A stretch of 59,210 nucleotides of DNA, counting the filler, from Sphacelaria rigidula (taxonomy: Eukaryota): assembly GCA_964200075.2 (NCBI GenBank). It is 10 parts of 10 records of this genome, joined end to end, with 100 filler letters (N's around TTAATTAATTAA, not from the genome) between each part and the next. Parts side by side here need not be neighbours in the genome. Positions count along the whole stretch, not along the records: positions 47,449 to 53,279 come from CAXNAA020024116.1; positions 53,380 to 59,210 come from CAXNAA020024117.1; 8 more parts are not named here. One strand, given 5' to 3'. Shown one piece after another: positions 47,768 through 59,210 of the stretch; position 1 is the stretch's first letter; the number at the start of each line of letters is the position of its first letter. The translations under genes were made by a program, and so were the position numbers. The notes beneath the pieces are model-generated. The model did no database searches. It worked only from the letters and a program-made list of their open reading frames with translations, and was not told the origin of the DNA.

Positions 47768-48430
47768 TAAACTGAACAGAAACAACAGCAAGACAACACC
47801 GAAAAAGGAAGGAAATAAAAATCGAAAAACGGAAGGCAAACCAAAACAAACCAAAGCTAGGGAAAGAAGAAGGAAAAGTGAAGAGCAAGAAAACCAGTCT
47901 TGATGAAGACAAGAATGAATGATGATGACCTAATGGAAAAAACGACGATGGCAATCACGCTGTCGACACCTCCCAACGTGGCACCACGTGAACGGTATGT
48001 GATGTGGAGGTTCTTGGAGAACGAAACACTCGTATGATTCATATTCCATAGCACATGAACTCGCGGCACCCTACCCTGAAACATGACTTTAGGTATGAAA
48101 GCCGTCCGTGCGAAAACAAAGGCTGGTGGCCACCAGTAGGGAAACAAATGGTAAAAGAGGGTTAAATTCCGAACCCGGCACAGTGCGGTACTTCGTACAG
48201 GAACATTATCGCAGTTTTGATTGGCACATAGTCACCCCGCTTGCCCTTATCGCTCTCTCAGCGAACCGATGTTTTGGCTACTGTAAGGTCAACAGCTCCA
48301 ATCCATTAAAAAGCGGCAACCATTCACTCTGAGGGCGAGCCGTAGGAACAGGCTTGGAAAGGGGGCTCTGTAACTTTGATATTTCAACCTCTCTGCAGGA
48401 CGAGGGGTACGTAAGAGCTCAAATCAATTC

Positions 48431-48569
48431 CATACCCTGGACAGCAGATGACGGTTGTAGAAAAATGTACCGCGTACGGTATAGAATATGTTGTCTATTG
48501 CCAAAGACCCAATAGTCGATACTGCACGCAATATACTTTTTGATAATGTGATCCATTGTCCCGGGGGCG
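48431..48569. mobile_element. Foldback MITE with perfect 8-bp TSD
   Basis: ATCAATTC at 48423-48430 and 48570-48577; ends CATACCCTGGAC / GTCCCGGGGGCG. Confidence 0.85.
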
Positions 48570-49694
48570 ATCAATTCCACCCCCCTTGCGGAGGGGAATT
48601 TTTTACCTTTTGAGCACCTGAACGTTGCCAACAGAACATTATATCCGAAATACAAAAAACAGTCGTGCGTTGCACGCGAATCACTGGACTCTCCAGCTTT
48701 GCTCCCTGCAGTACTGACTGTAGATACAAGACAAGCAGTGTACATAATTCGTGCTCAGACTTCTCCGACCGGCGGTCATTTATTTTTCCGGAATCGATGG
48801 GGTTGATAATTCCTCTCCGCGATTTCAGACAAATCATAATGTCGTGTCCCACCTGTGCACATTGATCAACCTCTCGCTGCCCTCGAAACCGGGACGTCAG
48901 ACGCCGAACAGTGTCAAGCACTGCATCAACTGTACCCTACAGTGGGACGAAAACCTGGAAGAGTTGGGCGTCTTCATCTCCACCACGTCTGTGGGCTGGT
49001 TGCGGGGGTGCTGTACAGCGGAGAGAGTTTTGCGGCGCATTTCGTGCCAAGAGCTTCTAGAGTAGAGAACATTCGACAGGATGATATTCGCTGGACTTCC
49101 GCCTCGTCGAAAAAAATATCACGTTCAAGGGTATTGCTGTCGTTCTCGCCTTCATGGGAGCATCTCTACGGGGTCTACAAATATGATTTTGGAGGGAGTT
49201 TTGATTCAGGGTTTTACTGTGAATGAGTTCTCATGCGTTTCAAAGTTTTCCGTGTTGCATTACCCCGAAATACGGGGTAACTCTCGGAATCACGGGAGAT
49301 AGTTGGCCGAGACTAGCTCTGCTGGGAAGCTTTGGTTGCTTGTGACAATTGTCTCCGCATACGTACGCTGGATGATGACAGAAGAGGTGGGCGTAGGAAC
49401 CGTGGCTTCCGAAACTTCAACAGTGTCAGTTTTTATTTCTTGGAGGTAAAGTGTCGAATGTAAAGAGAAAACGAACCGCCACGGAGGTTGTGGTGCAGCA
49501 ACACATTCCATTGTTGGGTACAGTAACTCGTTAGCCAGGGCCAAAACAATCGACGGGGAGAATACTTGCTGGGCACACCCTGGTGTCTGGTTACATATAT
49601 TTCTGCTGCATATTTACTTCCTATGATGACGGCATTTTTGGAGCGCCGCGAACACAAAGATGTTGTAGCTTGACTTATTCGACCCGGCGTAATT

Positions 49695-49830
49695 GGGGGT
49701 GTACTCATGATCTTGCATGCCGTAGTCATAACACCATTGACCTCGCATCCCTACAAAAACGAGACGGAGCATGCCGGGCTTTCGCTGGACCAGGCTCGCA
49801 CTCAGTCACCAAGCAAGAAGCGCCGTGATG
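49695..49830 (-). mobile_element. LINE 3' end, subfamily B (further fragments at about 50210-50260 and 50296-50360)
   Basis: GGGGG-TGTACTCATGATCTTGCATGCCGTAGTCATAACACCATTGACCTCGCATCCCTAC... Confidence 0.8.
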
Positions 49831-51139
49831 TGTTCGGCGAGTCGAATGAAGGGTGAGCCGCATCCTGCCAAGATTGTTCGACCCGAAGCGTACTGATTAT
49901 CTTGCATTTGGATGACATCCTCCAATAAGTTGCTTCGTTTTCTGGTGTTGCCACTTCCAGAGGCAGCCACGGCTTACACACTGCCTCAGGGTTTGTCTCA
50001 CCATTTACGCACTACGTAGTGCGATCATCCCCATTGTGCGGAGTTCATGTTCCCCCACCCCACACAAAATGACCTAGCTCGACCACCATCATGGTTGACA
50101 ATAAAAACGCAAGCGCGCGAAAAAAATGATAACCTGGTTGTCTAGCCTACGCATTGAGTGGCGTGTTTTACAGCGTCATTTCCAACCGATGCCAACCTCA
50201 TGGGGGATCTGTCCCTACAAAGCCGGGGCGGAGCACGCCGGGTTCTCGCCGGACCAGACTAAGTTTCGAGGGGGGAAGAGAAGAATAGGAGCAGGAGGGA
50301 CGTGGTCATTTGTTGATTGCCTTAGCCGTTTGACTATCGACCTCATATCCTTACAAAGCGGGGGTGGAATACTCGAGCTATGCTACGGTAGGGGTTGCAC
50401 TTTTTTAGCGAGAACGTTTCTCGGGGCTGCTCGGGGTGTTGGATGGGTCATTTTGAGAACCGGAATCATTTTTACTTGAAAAAGACTGAAAATAATGCCG
50501 ATTCACGAAAAGATCCCTACGTGCAAACATTTTTTTTGGGAGTCCAGTCCCCGGAAATTTGGGTTGTAGAGTAATCTCCATATATTTGGACTCCAACAAA
50601 AAAGAGACCCAGACACAAACAGTGCAACCCGTTCCGTCACGACGTTTTCAAGCACCAAGCAGGAGGCCTCATTCATCCAGTTTTTTTTTTTGTCGCCCCT
50701 TGCACTCCTTCCCTTACTCTGGACTAGTCGACGGCCTCAAGGAATCAACCCATATCTCCCCCGGTACACGCCTTACATTTTGGCCTCGCAGATTGGGTCA
50801 GCACTCCCGCACCGCGTCATCTTTCGCCAAACAAAGTCAGACAATTAATTTTCTCAATCCATCTTCTTACCCTATCAATGGTGGAATTCAGATACTTCGA
50901 AGAACAAACCCAACGCATCTGGTTGGAAGTAAACCCCGTCCTCTCCACCCTAACGGTATCGGTCGGACCATAATACTATCGAGGCGCGTCAGCTGGTTTT
51001 GGCAACCCGAATCTTCGGCAGAGTTATGGTGACCTGCTGCTCTCCACTCTTTCACACTCTTCTCCTCACCTGTTTTGGCCCCCTCGTTGGTTGAACAATG
51101 GTGTTGTGTCGTGGCTTGTTGTCTATAATCATGTTCCAG

Positions 51140-51260
51140 CCTTGAGGCATTGGAGAGACACAAAGAAGAGCCACTTCACCTAGAGGCCACGAAGAAGGAG
51201 CGAAAGGTCAGCAAGTGCAACCTTTGCAAGAAGCAGTTCACCAGCCCGCCGCAACTACAA
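51140..51260 (+). CDS. Exon of a multi-C2H2 (matrin/U1-type-like) zinc-finger protein
   Basis: TTCCAG|...|GTGAGT; LEALERHKEEPLHLEATKKERKVSKCNLCKKQFTSPPQLQ is an H-x5-H end of one finger plus the C-x2-C-x3-F start of the next. Confidence 0.8.
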
Positions 51261-51326
51261 GTGAGTCTATCCCTCCCTTAATTACAGGGAAGGGGGAAGG
51301 AAGAGGCCCATTTTTCTCCTTGTTCC

Positions 51327-51810
51327 GCTACTGTAGTGTACTGTTTCACACCTGGCTGGATAATGAAAAAATATGACATTGTCAAAAAGTTTACTACTTA
51401 CAGTGTGGAATCTATTGTCTACTGCAGTAGACAATGGATTCCACACTGTACGCGGTACACTTTTTCGACAATGCAATATGTTGTCATAGTCCGGGGGTGT
51501 ACTGTTCACGATAAAAAAATGGAAGTCACGCGTAAAACACTGCGAGTTCGATTCCCGCCAGATGTGTCCGGGTTTTTTCTTGGAAGTTTCTGATTTCCGC
51601 CGTTGAAGGCGTGAGAGCGTAAGGAACTAACATAGCTTGTTGGACTGAGTTTGGTTGACGAGAGTCGACACAATGCGGGAGTGTTGGTCATGATCCAATC
51701 CGCGATACTCAATTGTAAGACGTGTGCCGGGAGAGAGGTGGGTCGATCCCTTGAGACCACGGACTCGTCCCGAGGAAGGGTAGGAGCCAAAAATGTGACG
51801 AGAAATATAT
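51327..51810 (+). mobile_element. Probable second tRNA-derived SINE family, interrupted by a foldback MITE; inverted partial copy at about 50685-50850
   Basis: TGTAGTGTACTG (A-box-like) and GAGTTCGATTCCC (B box, 51544); the last ~170 bp matches the reverse complement of 50685-50850. Confidence 0.5.
51347..51499. mobile_element. Foldback MITE
   Basis: Central hairpin ACAGTGTGGAATCTATTGTCTACTGCAGTAGACAATGGATTCCACACTGT; TSD TACTGTTT / TACTGTTC. Confidence 0.85.
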
Positions 51811-53183
51811 AGATATATATACACACACTTGTATGCATGATTTATCAACTTATTGCACAAACCTTTTCATGGCTTCATGAATCCCCGAGTATCCAACTGC
51901 GTTTGCGTGGGGTGGCTGTCAGCTGCAGTTTACACTTCCCACTGTCCGAATTGTCAGTGCCAATGGTACCAGCTCCTTAGCACAGTGCGGCACGTTTGTG
52001 TAGGATCCTCGGAACCCTCTTGGAACCCTCCCCTCCTGTCTCCGGGCCAAAAGTTGAAGCCCTGACAAGGAGGAAAATATGGAAACAGAAAAGGCCGACC
52101 GCAACCATTTTTATTGTGGAAAACGAAAGAAGAATCCAGTAGCACACGCGGCGGGTGCAGGAAAAACGTCCTCCCTGGAGAGGTTGGGTGAGGTTTGTCC
52201 AATCATACCACGCAACGGATGAAGTGTGTCCAATTGTATTCATCCACAATAATTAGCGAAAACGCTATGAAACATTCCATTAAAAAGACAGCAATGGGTT
52301 CTCGGGTCTGGTACGGCACATCGGTAAATAGAAAACCTTGTTTTGTTCCACTTGTCACTCACACGGGTCTGAAAAATACGCTTGGGTGAAAATTGTTGCA
52401 TCTGAGCTGTGAACCATCAACCATATCTTGCTCAAAAACTGTCAATTGCAAATTATCAATTTTCCATCGTGAGTTCCACAAGGGTTAGTACGGTCACGTC
52501 GCATACCATGACTCGTAAGGTTGCAAAGCCCTATGTGGTACTACTGTCGTGCACATAAGTACGACGCACGATGGGCGGTAACAATGATCATGTGAGTGAG
52601 CCCCCCCCCCCCCTCTCCGAGCTTGCAAAGTGCCCCCATTACGCTTTATGGTTTACGCTCCAGCCGTTCTTATAATGTACATGAGTCGCTAAGGGCTGTG
52701 TCGTGCTCTCTCTCCACCCGTAGTGTCTTGAGCTAATTCGACAGTCAGTCTCAGGTTGAGATCGGATATGTGTCTTTCGGTTATCAAATTGTACTGCGTT
52801 CGTCATGACAGAAGTGATCCCGGGTTTTGACCACGCATGCGGTTGCGCTACGGTTGCGCTACTTTAGATTGCATTTATTCCATCGTGCACGCACAATAGC
52901 GTCGGTGGTACAGTCTAATCATGATCCACGGAAGGAGAAACCGGCCACGGCATGCCCACAACAAAGAGATCTCGGGGAAAGTGATGCGTGTGTCAAAATG
53001 AGGTTGAGTTAATCCTGCTCACGGCTACGGCATGCATGAAAGTACCACAAGGCAGCAAGGCATTGCTAATGTACAGTGCGTGAAATGCTCTTTTTGTGGG
53101 TGCTGATGACAGTGGTTGCACGCTCGGGAGGAGACTGTTGACTTTTTGTTGTTTCTCACGTTAGCCTTTTTCTATACAGATAG

Positions 53184-53279
53184 CACGGTTAGGACAAATC
53201 AACACGACTCAAAATCATCATATTCACGATTTCTTCTGCCTGGTTGCCCGAAAGAGAGGAAAAAGTTGACCGCTGGTCC
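53184..53279 (+). mobile_element. CACGG-family MITE, cut by contig end
   Basis: CACGGTTAGGACAAATCA...AAAAAGTTGACCGCTGGTCC matches 5035-5121 and 42130-42228. Confidence 0.8.
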
Positions 53280-53379
53280 NNNNNNNNNNNNNNNNNNNNN
53301 NNNNNNNNNNNNNNNNNNNNNNNTTAATTAATTAANNNNNNNNNNNNNNNNNNNNNNNNNNNNNNNNNNNNNNNNNNNN

Positions 53380-56300
53380 ACAGATCACGGAGCTCTTGAA
53401 CAACTCGCCAAGGTTGGAGAACATAACCCCCGCGTGCAACGGTGGCTGGAGTTCTTGACTGCTTACCAGTACACTGTTAAACATCGTCCGGGCAAATCCA
53501 ACGGCAATGCTGACCTTCTTTCGCGATTGCCTCTGCCCCCTACAGCGGTAGACTTCAGTCTCGCTTGCCGCTTGACTGAACCTGACAAACCAGGCGTCTA
53601 CCCCATTCGGCGTTTTTCTACGCCCATCTACGCGCTTGACCTGCAATGCCCAGAAACAGGTCTGCACATGGGGGGGGGCCGCCCTCTGCCCCCTGATATA
53701 GTTTTGGATGGCTTAGCGCCCACAGCTGCTGATTCCGCACCTTCGGCCCTCGCGCTAACATCTCGGCGCCGCCACCACCAACTGTTCACCTCATCTCCGA
53801 CAACACCCGCTCTCGGTCGGCAGCTCGTGCAAATTCTTCGCGTGCTGTGATGCCACCAACGCCGCCGACCGCTTCTAGCAATGCGTCGCCGCCGCCGCCT
53901 CGTGCCCCCACGGGCCGTACCACGCCTCAGAAAACCGGCCGCGTGCCCAGTGTTGTACCAACACCGCCCGCGCCACTTGTGCGCCCCACATGCCGATCGC
54001 GTTTACCAGTTTGCGCTACCCCCACGCCGCCTTCTGGGAATCTCCCAGCACCTGCGTCACTGACTCGTGCTACACATGCGTCAGATCCGCTCCCGGGTCA
54101 AGACGTTGACGTCGGCACCCCTGCTTCTTCACCTGTGCCATCCCCTCCTGAGCCACCATGTTTGGTTGGCTCTCCGGCTGAAGAACAACTTCGAGAACTT
54201 CTCGCTAGCTACTCTCACCGCGATTGGGCTCGCGACCAACAACAGGAACCGCTCTGTCGTGCGACAATGCGGTACTTACGGCTTAACTGCCCCACCCCTT
54301 TTCCGGCTGAGATCCTGACTCCCGTGGGCGCTCTACCCGCCCCCACCGCCTCTGACGTGCTCGAGTTGGCACGCAAAAGGTACTATCTTCACGACTGACG
54401 GCGACGTTCATTTGCTTGTTCGCCGATTCCACTCACATTTGGGCACGGCTGCCACAGCAACCGCTGCCACTTCGGCACATATGCGTCATGACGCCCCTAT
54501 CCGCATCTATGATCCTATCATGATGCGTCCGTGGATCATGAAGGGCTGTCACTCTGACTTGTCCTGCTACTTAGGCGTCACGCGCATGTTAGCACTCCTT
54601 GAACGCTTTCATTGGTGGATTGGCATGGAAGCATCCACGCGTTTCTGGATCCGACGATATTTCAAATGTCAGGCTCGCAAAACCTTTCGACAGACTGTAC
54701 GATGGCCGGTGATTTCCATGGAGCTTCCAAACGCTCCTGGTCAATTCGTATTATTTGACTACTTCGGCCCTTTATCTCCAACTGACCGTGGTAATACCTA
54801 CATTCTACTTTTCACAGACCACTTCAGCAGTCACGCGGCTATGTACGCTGTTACTGCCAGTGATTTCACTGCTGCCGGCACAGAGGACATTCTCGTCCAT
54901 GACTACATTAAGCACTATGGCTGCCCGAAACGGCTCCTCTCCGACAATGGTCAACAATTTTGCTCCGAACTCTCGGATGCTTTGTACAAGCTCCTCGGCA
55001 TTCGCAAAATTGCCACGAGCGCCTACCACCCTAACGGTAACGGTGAGACTGAACGTGTGAACCACACAATGGCTCAAATGCTATCCATGGTCATCAACGA
55101 CCGACAAAATTATTGGGACCTTCATCTCTCGCATGTCATGTTGTCTTACAACAATTCAGTTGACGCGGCTACGAGCCTCTCGCCCAACGAGCTGCATCTT
55201 GGACGCTACCCTCGTCTGCCCATCACCGTTTTCGAACGACATACCTTCGATGATCACCAAGGTCTGGAACAGGATCAGATGTCCTACCACGACCTCGCCA
55301 GGGCTCGTCAGCGCAAAGATTTCACCTTGGTGCGCGAACAACACGCTATCAACGTCTCACGCCTTGAAAGATCCAATACCGCCCTCTACAACTTGATGCA
55401 CAAACGCCCTGCTTGGAAGATCGGCGATTGTGTCTGGATCTACAACAGTTTGTCCACCATCCGTCAAGGCGCTGATCGTACTGCCCAGGCAACAGTCTTG
55501 AAGACGAAACTGTCCCTTAATTGGACGGGTCCGTTCAAGATTCTCATAGTCGGACCTTCGCCGACATCTCCTGACGGCAAGCCCGTTGGCGAGAAACTCC
55601 TCTACCTCGACTTACCTCGTGACCTCCAGGGGCACGACGCTAAATCTCGCGTCTCTGTGCATCGTTGCATGCCCTGCACGAACCCGCATGACACCACGGA
55701 CATGCCTCAATACCTGCCTGCAGGTCTCACCCAATACGTGCTCAACGGCTACTCAACAAAATCTCCACCGTACCACGTTACAACCGATGACGTCACTGAA
55801 CAACCTCTCGGCTTGGCCGTGTCCCACATTTCCGGCCACCAAATCACTCGAGGCCCTGGTGGCAAAATTGCTGTCATGTACAAGACACGCTGGCAAGGTC
55901 TTCGGCGTGTGTCTTGGAAACGCGAGCCCGACCTTCAACTGCACCGTCGTGCCATTCTTCTCTATTGGACACAATCCCCACAGAAACATCTCGCTGACAA
56001 CAAGGGATATCGCGACTTGAGACGCGGCGCTGCAGCCCGCGAACTCCACCGCGACAAAGGCCTACGTTTTGTAGCCGATGGTTACGAACTCGTACCCACC
56101 AAACAATGGGACGAAAAGATTTGCGCAAAACAACAACCGCTCCCTAAAGGTGCCTACTTGTGGTATAAGGGCAGCGAGTACCTCTGGTGGCTAGGTCAGA
56201 TCCACTCCGTCGATGCCCTCGCGGTCGACACGCACATCGTGCGTTTCCTCGACGACCCTGACCCAGTTCAGCTCACGCTTCGCCCCGATTTTTACTCGAC

Positions 56301-56419
56301 CAGCCCTTCCGCACCCCGCGCTTCCTGGTGCCTACAACGGTTCAAACCACACGGCTTACGCCGAGGGAGGTCTTCAGCGCAATATCGATCGTACACACGA
56401 CATCAATGCACCATCTTGA
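53380..56419 (+). pseudogene. Ty3/Gypsy pol, 3' part: RNase H end, Pro-rich spacer, integrase, chromodomain, Tudor/PWWP-like module
   Basis: TDHGALEQL...RVQRWLEFL..Y.YTVKHRPGKSNGNADLLSRLP; degenerate HHCC (CH...CYLGV...RYFKC); DYFGP, SDNG, AYHPNGNGETERVN; WTGPFKI; frameshifts near 53850 and 54400. Confidence 0.92.
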
Positions 56420-56983
56420 GTTCTATCTCTTCGCACTCCCTTTATCGCAATTTGTATCTACCCTCCCAGTTTGGTTCTGGTACTTCCTTTGTCCCCGCTC
56501 AGGTACGCTCTACTCTTCACTGCTTCACCTACGCTGGCTCTCCTATCGCGGCTCATCACTGCCCTCATCAACCTCTTCAACGACTTCTTCTGGACCCCCT
56601 TCGCCCCCTTCCATTGGCCTATTCGGGTCCTTGAGTTTTGTCTCCTGCTTGAAATTACCACTGTGTCCTTTGCGGGGTTTTCCTTTGCTTTTTATCTAGC
56701 TAGCGCGTCAAAGCATTGTGTGCTTTTTCCGTTTGTTCGCAAGCTCGCAGCAGCGTTGTGTGCTCCTGCGCAGTCAACCGCAATTGCGTAATTGCGCTTT
56801 TTGAGGCACCTTTGGCTTTTCTTGTTTGAGGTGTGGGAGGATCGGGCATCAGGCTGGTCATTGCCCTCTTGTATTTATTTTATTTTATTTTTCCGCGTTG
56901 TCTCCTCATGACTTGATGGGTGAGACAAGCCTCAATTTTAGTTGATCTTGAGATTTCATCGCAACTCAAATAGAGGTTCGTCT

Positions 56984-56994
56984 GGGTGGGTGAG
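56984..56994 (+). other. Probable polypurine tract
   Basis: GGGTGGGTGAG directly before TGTCA. Confidence 0.65.
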
Positions 56995-57999
56995 TGTCAT
57001 GAGGAAGGAAGATAGAGAGGCGTTATTTGTACCCACAGACAACTTTGGGGCAAGTTGGCTTACAGATCATTCGATCTGTCCACGGGAATGCTCCCATTGT
57101 TCTGGGAAGATTGGTGTTCAGACTGGTGTACCCTAGCTGGGGAAGATTGGTGTACAGACTGGTGTACCCTAGCTGGGGAAGAGTAGAGTACAGATTGGTG
57201 TGCCCTAGTCCCAGGGAGGCGAAACGCCTGCCCGGGCCGAGGTCAAAAATAGGTTGCTCTACCGTGCCTCATGCACCCTCGCTCACTCTTGAGCTACCCT
57301 TCGAGCCGGACCTTCTGCTCCTACTGTTACCTTTGGTGAGAACAGTGTGCTGGGCGATCGAGGGAATAGTCGGTGAGAGATGAAGAGATATCAAGCCTTT
57401 GAGCTCCCTTTTGTTTGGTTGCTACTGTAACCAACAGTCACGTGAATCTGCACGTGTGTATCTGCAGCTTGATTTACTCGGACACCTTGCGCGTTTACGC
57501 ATCTATCCAAGCTTGCAGCACATAGATCATACTTGGAAGGGTGTGGAACCTGTCCCTACCTTTCCATATTACACTGGCGTTCGGCTTATTGGCCGTGTCT
57601 TGCTTGGTTTTTTAGTAGCCCACGCGTATTCTCATAGCCTTGTTGCCTTGTCTAGCTGTCCCTTTCTGTAGCCCCCGTTTGCTGCTCTTCACTTTCGGTT
57701 CATCTATACTTTTTCTCCCTAGTCAGTAGCAGTTCCAACAGTCCTTCGTTTTCGTTCAGCTTTAGAGTGCTTTCCTTTTGCTGTACTAAAGTGCTGTCTC
57801 CCTGTATTTCTTTCCGTTGCATCTCCGCCGCAGCAGCAACGATTGCAACCTGCCATTTGTCCCTCTCCTGTTTGGGTCGCTCCTTTGGTTGGGCGACACT
57901 CTTGCTTTGCAATGCCCCTGTTCTGTTGTCATCATTCTTTTCAATCCCGCCTAACGTTGTGTTAGCTGGGTTGTTCTAAACCTGCACGGACAGCTGACA
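56995..57999 (+). mobile_element. Probable 3' LTR of the Gypsy element
   Basis: Starts TGTCA after the PPT; candidate end TGACA at 57995-57999; the second LTR is not in the contig, so the right boundary is unverified. Confidence 0.55.
57104..57208 (+). repeat. Three tandem 36-bp units inside the LTR
   Basis: GGGAAGATTGGTGT(T/A)CAGACTGGTGTACCCTAGCTG at 57104, 57140 and 57176 (third diverged). Confidence 0.9.
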
Positions 58000-59210
58000 C
58001 TATTTTTTACCGAACCGTTACAGCACACGCCACTTCTACCTTACGGCGCAAGCGACTATACCTTTTCTCCTTGCAGGACGTCGACACTTGTGTGCCGCTG
58101 CTGTATTTATACTGCGGTGTCCTTTTACTCTTGGCACTGACTACTTGAGTGTCTTCACATTGCATAGTCCCAACTGCAGCAGCAGGGTGGTGGTGGTCGC
58201 GACCACCGCTCCAGCGTGCAGAGTACTGTAGTGCACACCGTTTGTTCTGCCGCGCGATAATCTGCACCGACCCAATTGATACATCCGGTGTTGTACGTTT
58301 CTCATCGCACCTCTCATTAAGGTTCTATCACATCTCCGCCCCGCTACTACATTTTTCGCTAGGTGAGCACCACGTGTTACTTTTCACTCTTGGGTCGTAT
58401 ATTCCTCGACACGCTTTCATCTTTTGTGCGTGTACTGGTGAATATATTTATTTTTTATCTCTCGCGCGGGCACTACATACACAAGTTCTCTTTCCCATTT
58501 GGCCTTGCACAGCGTGTTCGACTTTTTCCTTCTTGACTTTCTCCTCTTTGGTGCTCCACTACCTGGACCGCTTCACGATTCCCTGATTTCTTGTTCGAAA
58601 TTTCGTATTCCCCTGTAGTCTTTTCCGCTCGGCAACTGACCTGCACCAACAATTAGTGTTTCAGTCGATTGCCACAGCTATCTTCTCTTGCACTCCTGCA
58701 CTTGAGTTAACGGTTCCGCGCCCTCGTTGCCGCACTTTTGCTCATTTTCTGTCTTGAATTTCACAGATATTTACTCATCGCCTCCCTTTTGGCACCGTAT
58801 CCTACACTAGTATTGGTGCCTCCTTTCGCGGTCTCGAGTGGTGTTTTCTTACACCTCCTGTATGCGGCATTTTACTTGCACCACTGCAATACCCTTGCCC
58901 AGCGTGTGCCTTTTGGGCGCCGAAGTCCGAGGGGCTTGCAATGGTGCAGGCGGGGGAAGCGGGGGCGAGGCTGCAGAAGCCGCGGCAATAGCGCGTGAGC
59001 GCGAAGGCTCGCGGTGGGTTCGAGAGCCAGGAAAAGCGGCGGCAGGTGCAGGCTCTGCCAGCGTGGCCCGGAGCAGAGGAAGATGGTGTTATTGTTCCAT
59101 GGAACGGAGAGCTGTAGTCGCAGTTTCGGTCGCGGTCTCGCATTGACGCAACCGATGTTCATCGCGGCGTACGGTATCCTGTACCTGGCCGAGCGTAGCA
59201 AGGCGTTCAG

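Noticed and set aside
50389..52533. Possible hAT element TAGGGGTTGCAC...TGCAAAGCCCTA capturing the zinc-finger exon
   Set aside because: The terminal match is short and imperfect and the flanks show no 8-bp TSD.
56420..56634. C-terminal extension of the 740-aa integrase ORF
   Set aside because: Probably frameshift read-through into the 3' UTR; an alternative frame stops at 56419.
57104..57208. 36-bp repeats resembling a CRISPR array
   Set aside because: Units are directly adjacent with no spacers and lie in a probable LTR; no cas genes.
1..59210. Prokaryotic operon, defence system or gene cluster spanning the window
   Set aside because: The sequence is spliced eukaryotic DNA and the segments are unlinked contigs.

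Overview
This window is not one locus. It is ten unrelated contigs of exactly 5831 bp each, joined by identical 100-bp artificial linkers (N44-TTAATTAATTAA-N44). The sequence is eukaryotic, intron-rich and transposon-dense; a stramenopile, most likely a brown alga, is inferred from exon style and gene families. Host exons recognised by eye: a type III-beta-like PI 4-kinase, a MAP2K-like kinase (2 exons), a GDP-fucose O-fucosyltransferase-like protein, a PC-esterase/TBL-like SGNH protein and a C2H2 (matrin/U1-type) zinc-finger protein. Mobile DNA includes the 3' part of a Ty3/Gypsy element, a Copia integrase relic, tRNA-derived SINEs, several MITE families (8-bp TSD, TTAA/piggyBac-like, TG..CA/4-bp Ginger-like) and multi-level nested insertions. 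The most unusual signal is a non-LTR retrotransposon family with at least 14 copies in two subfamilies. Its 3' ends abut oligo(C) or C-rich tracts instead of poly(A), the clearest TSDs begin with that C-run, and copies stack into each other's tails, which suggests targeting of G/C homopolymers. Second is the Gypsy integrase, which appears to carry a chromodomain followed by a second Tudor/PWWP-like module. All family assignments come from reading motifs; no database search was run.
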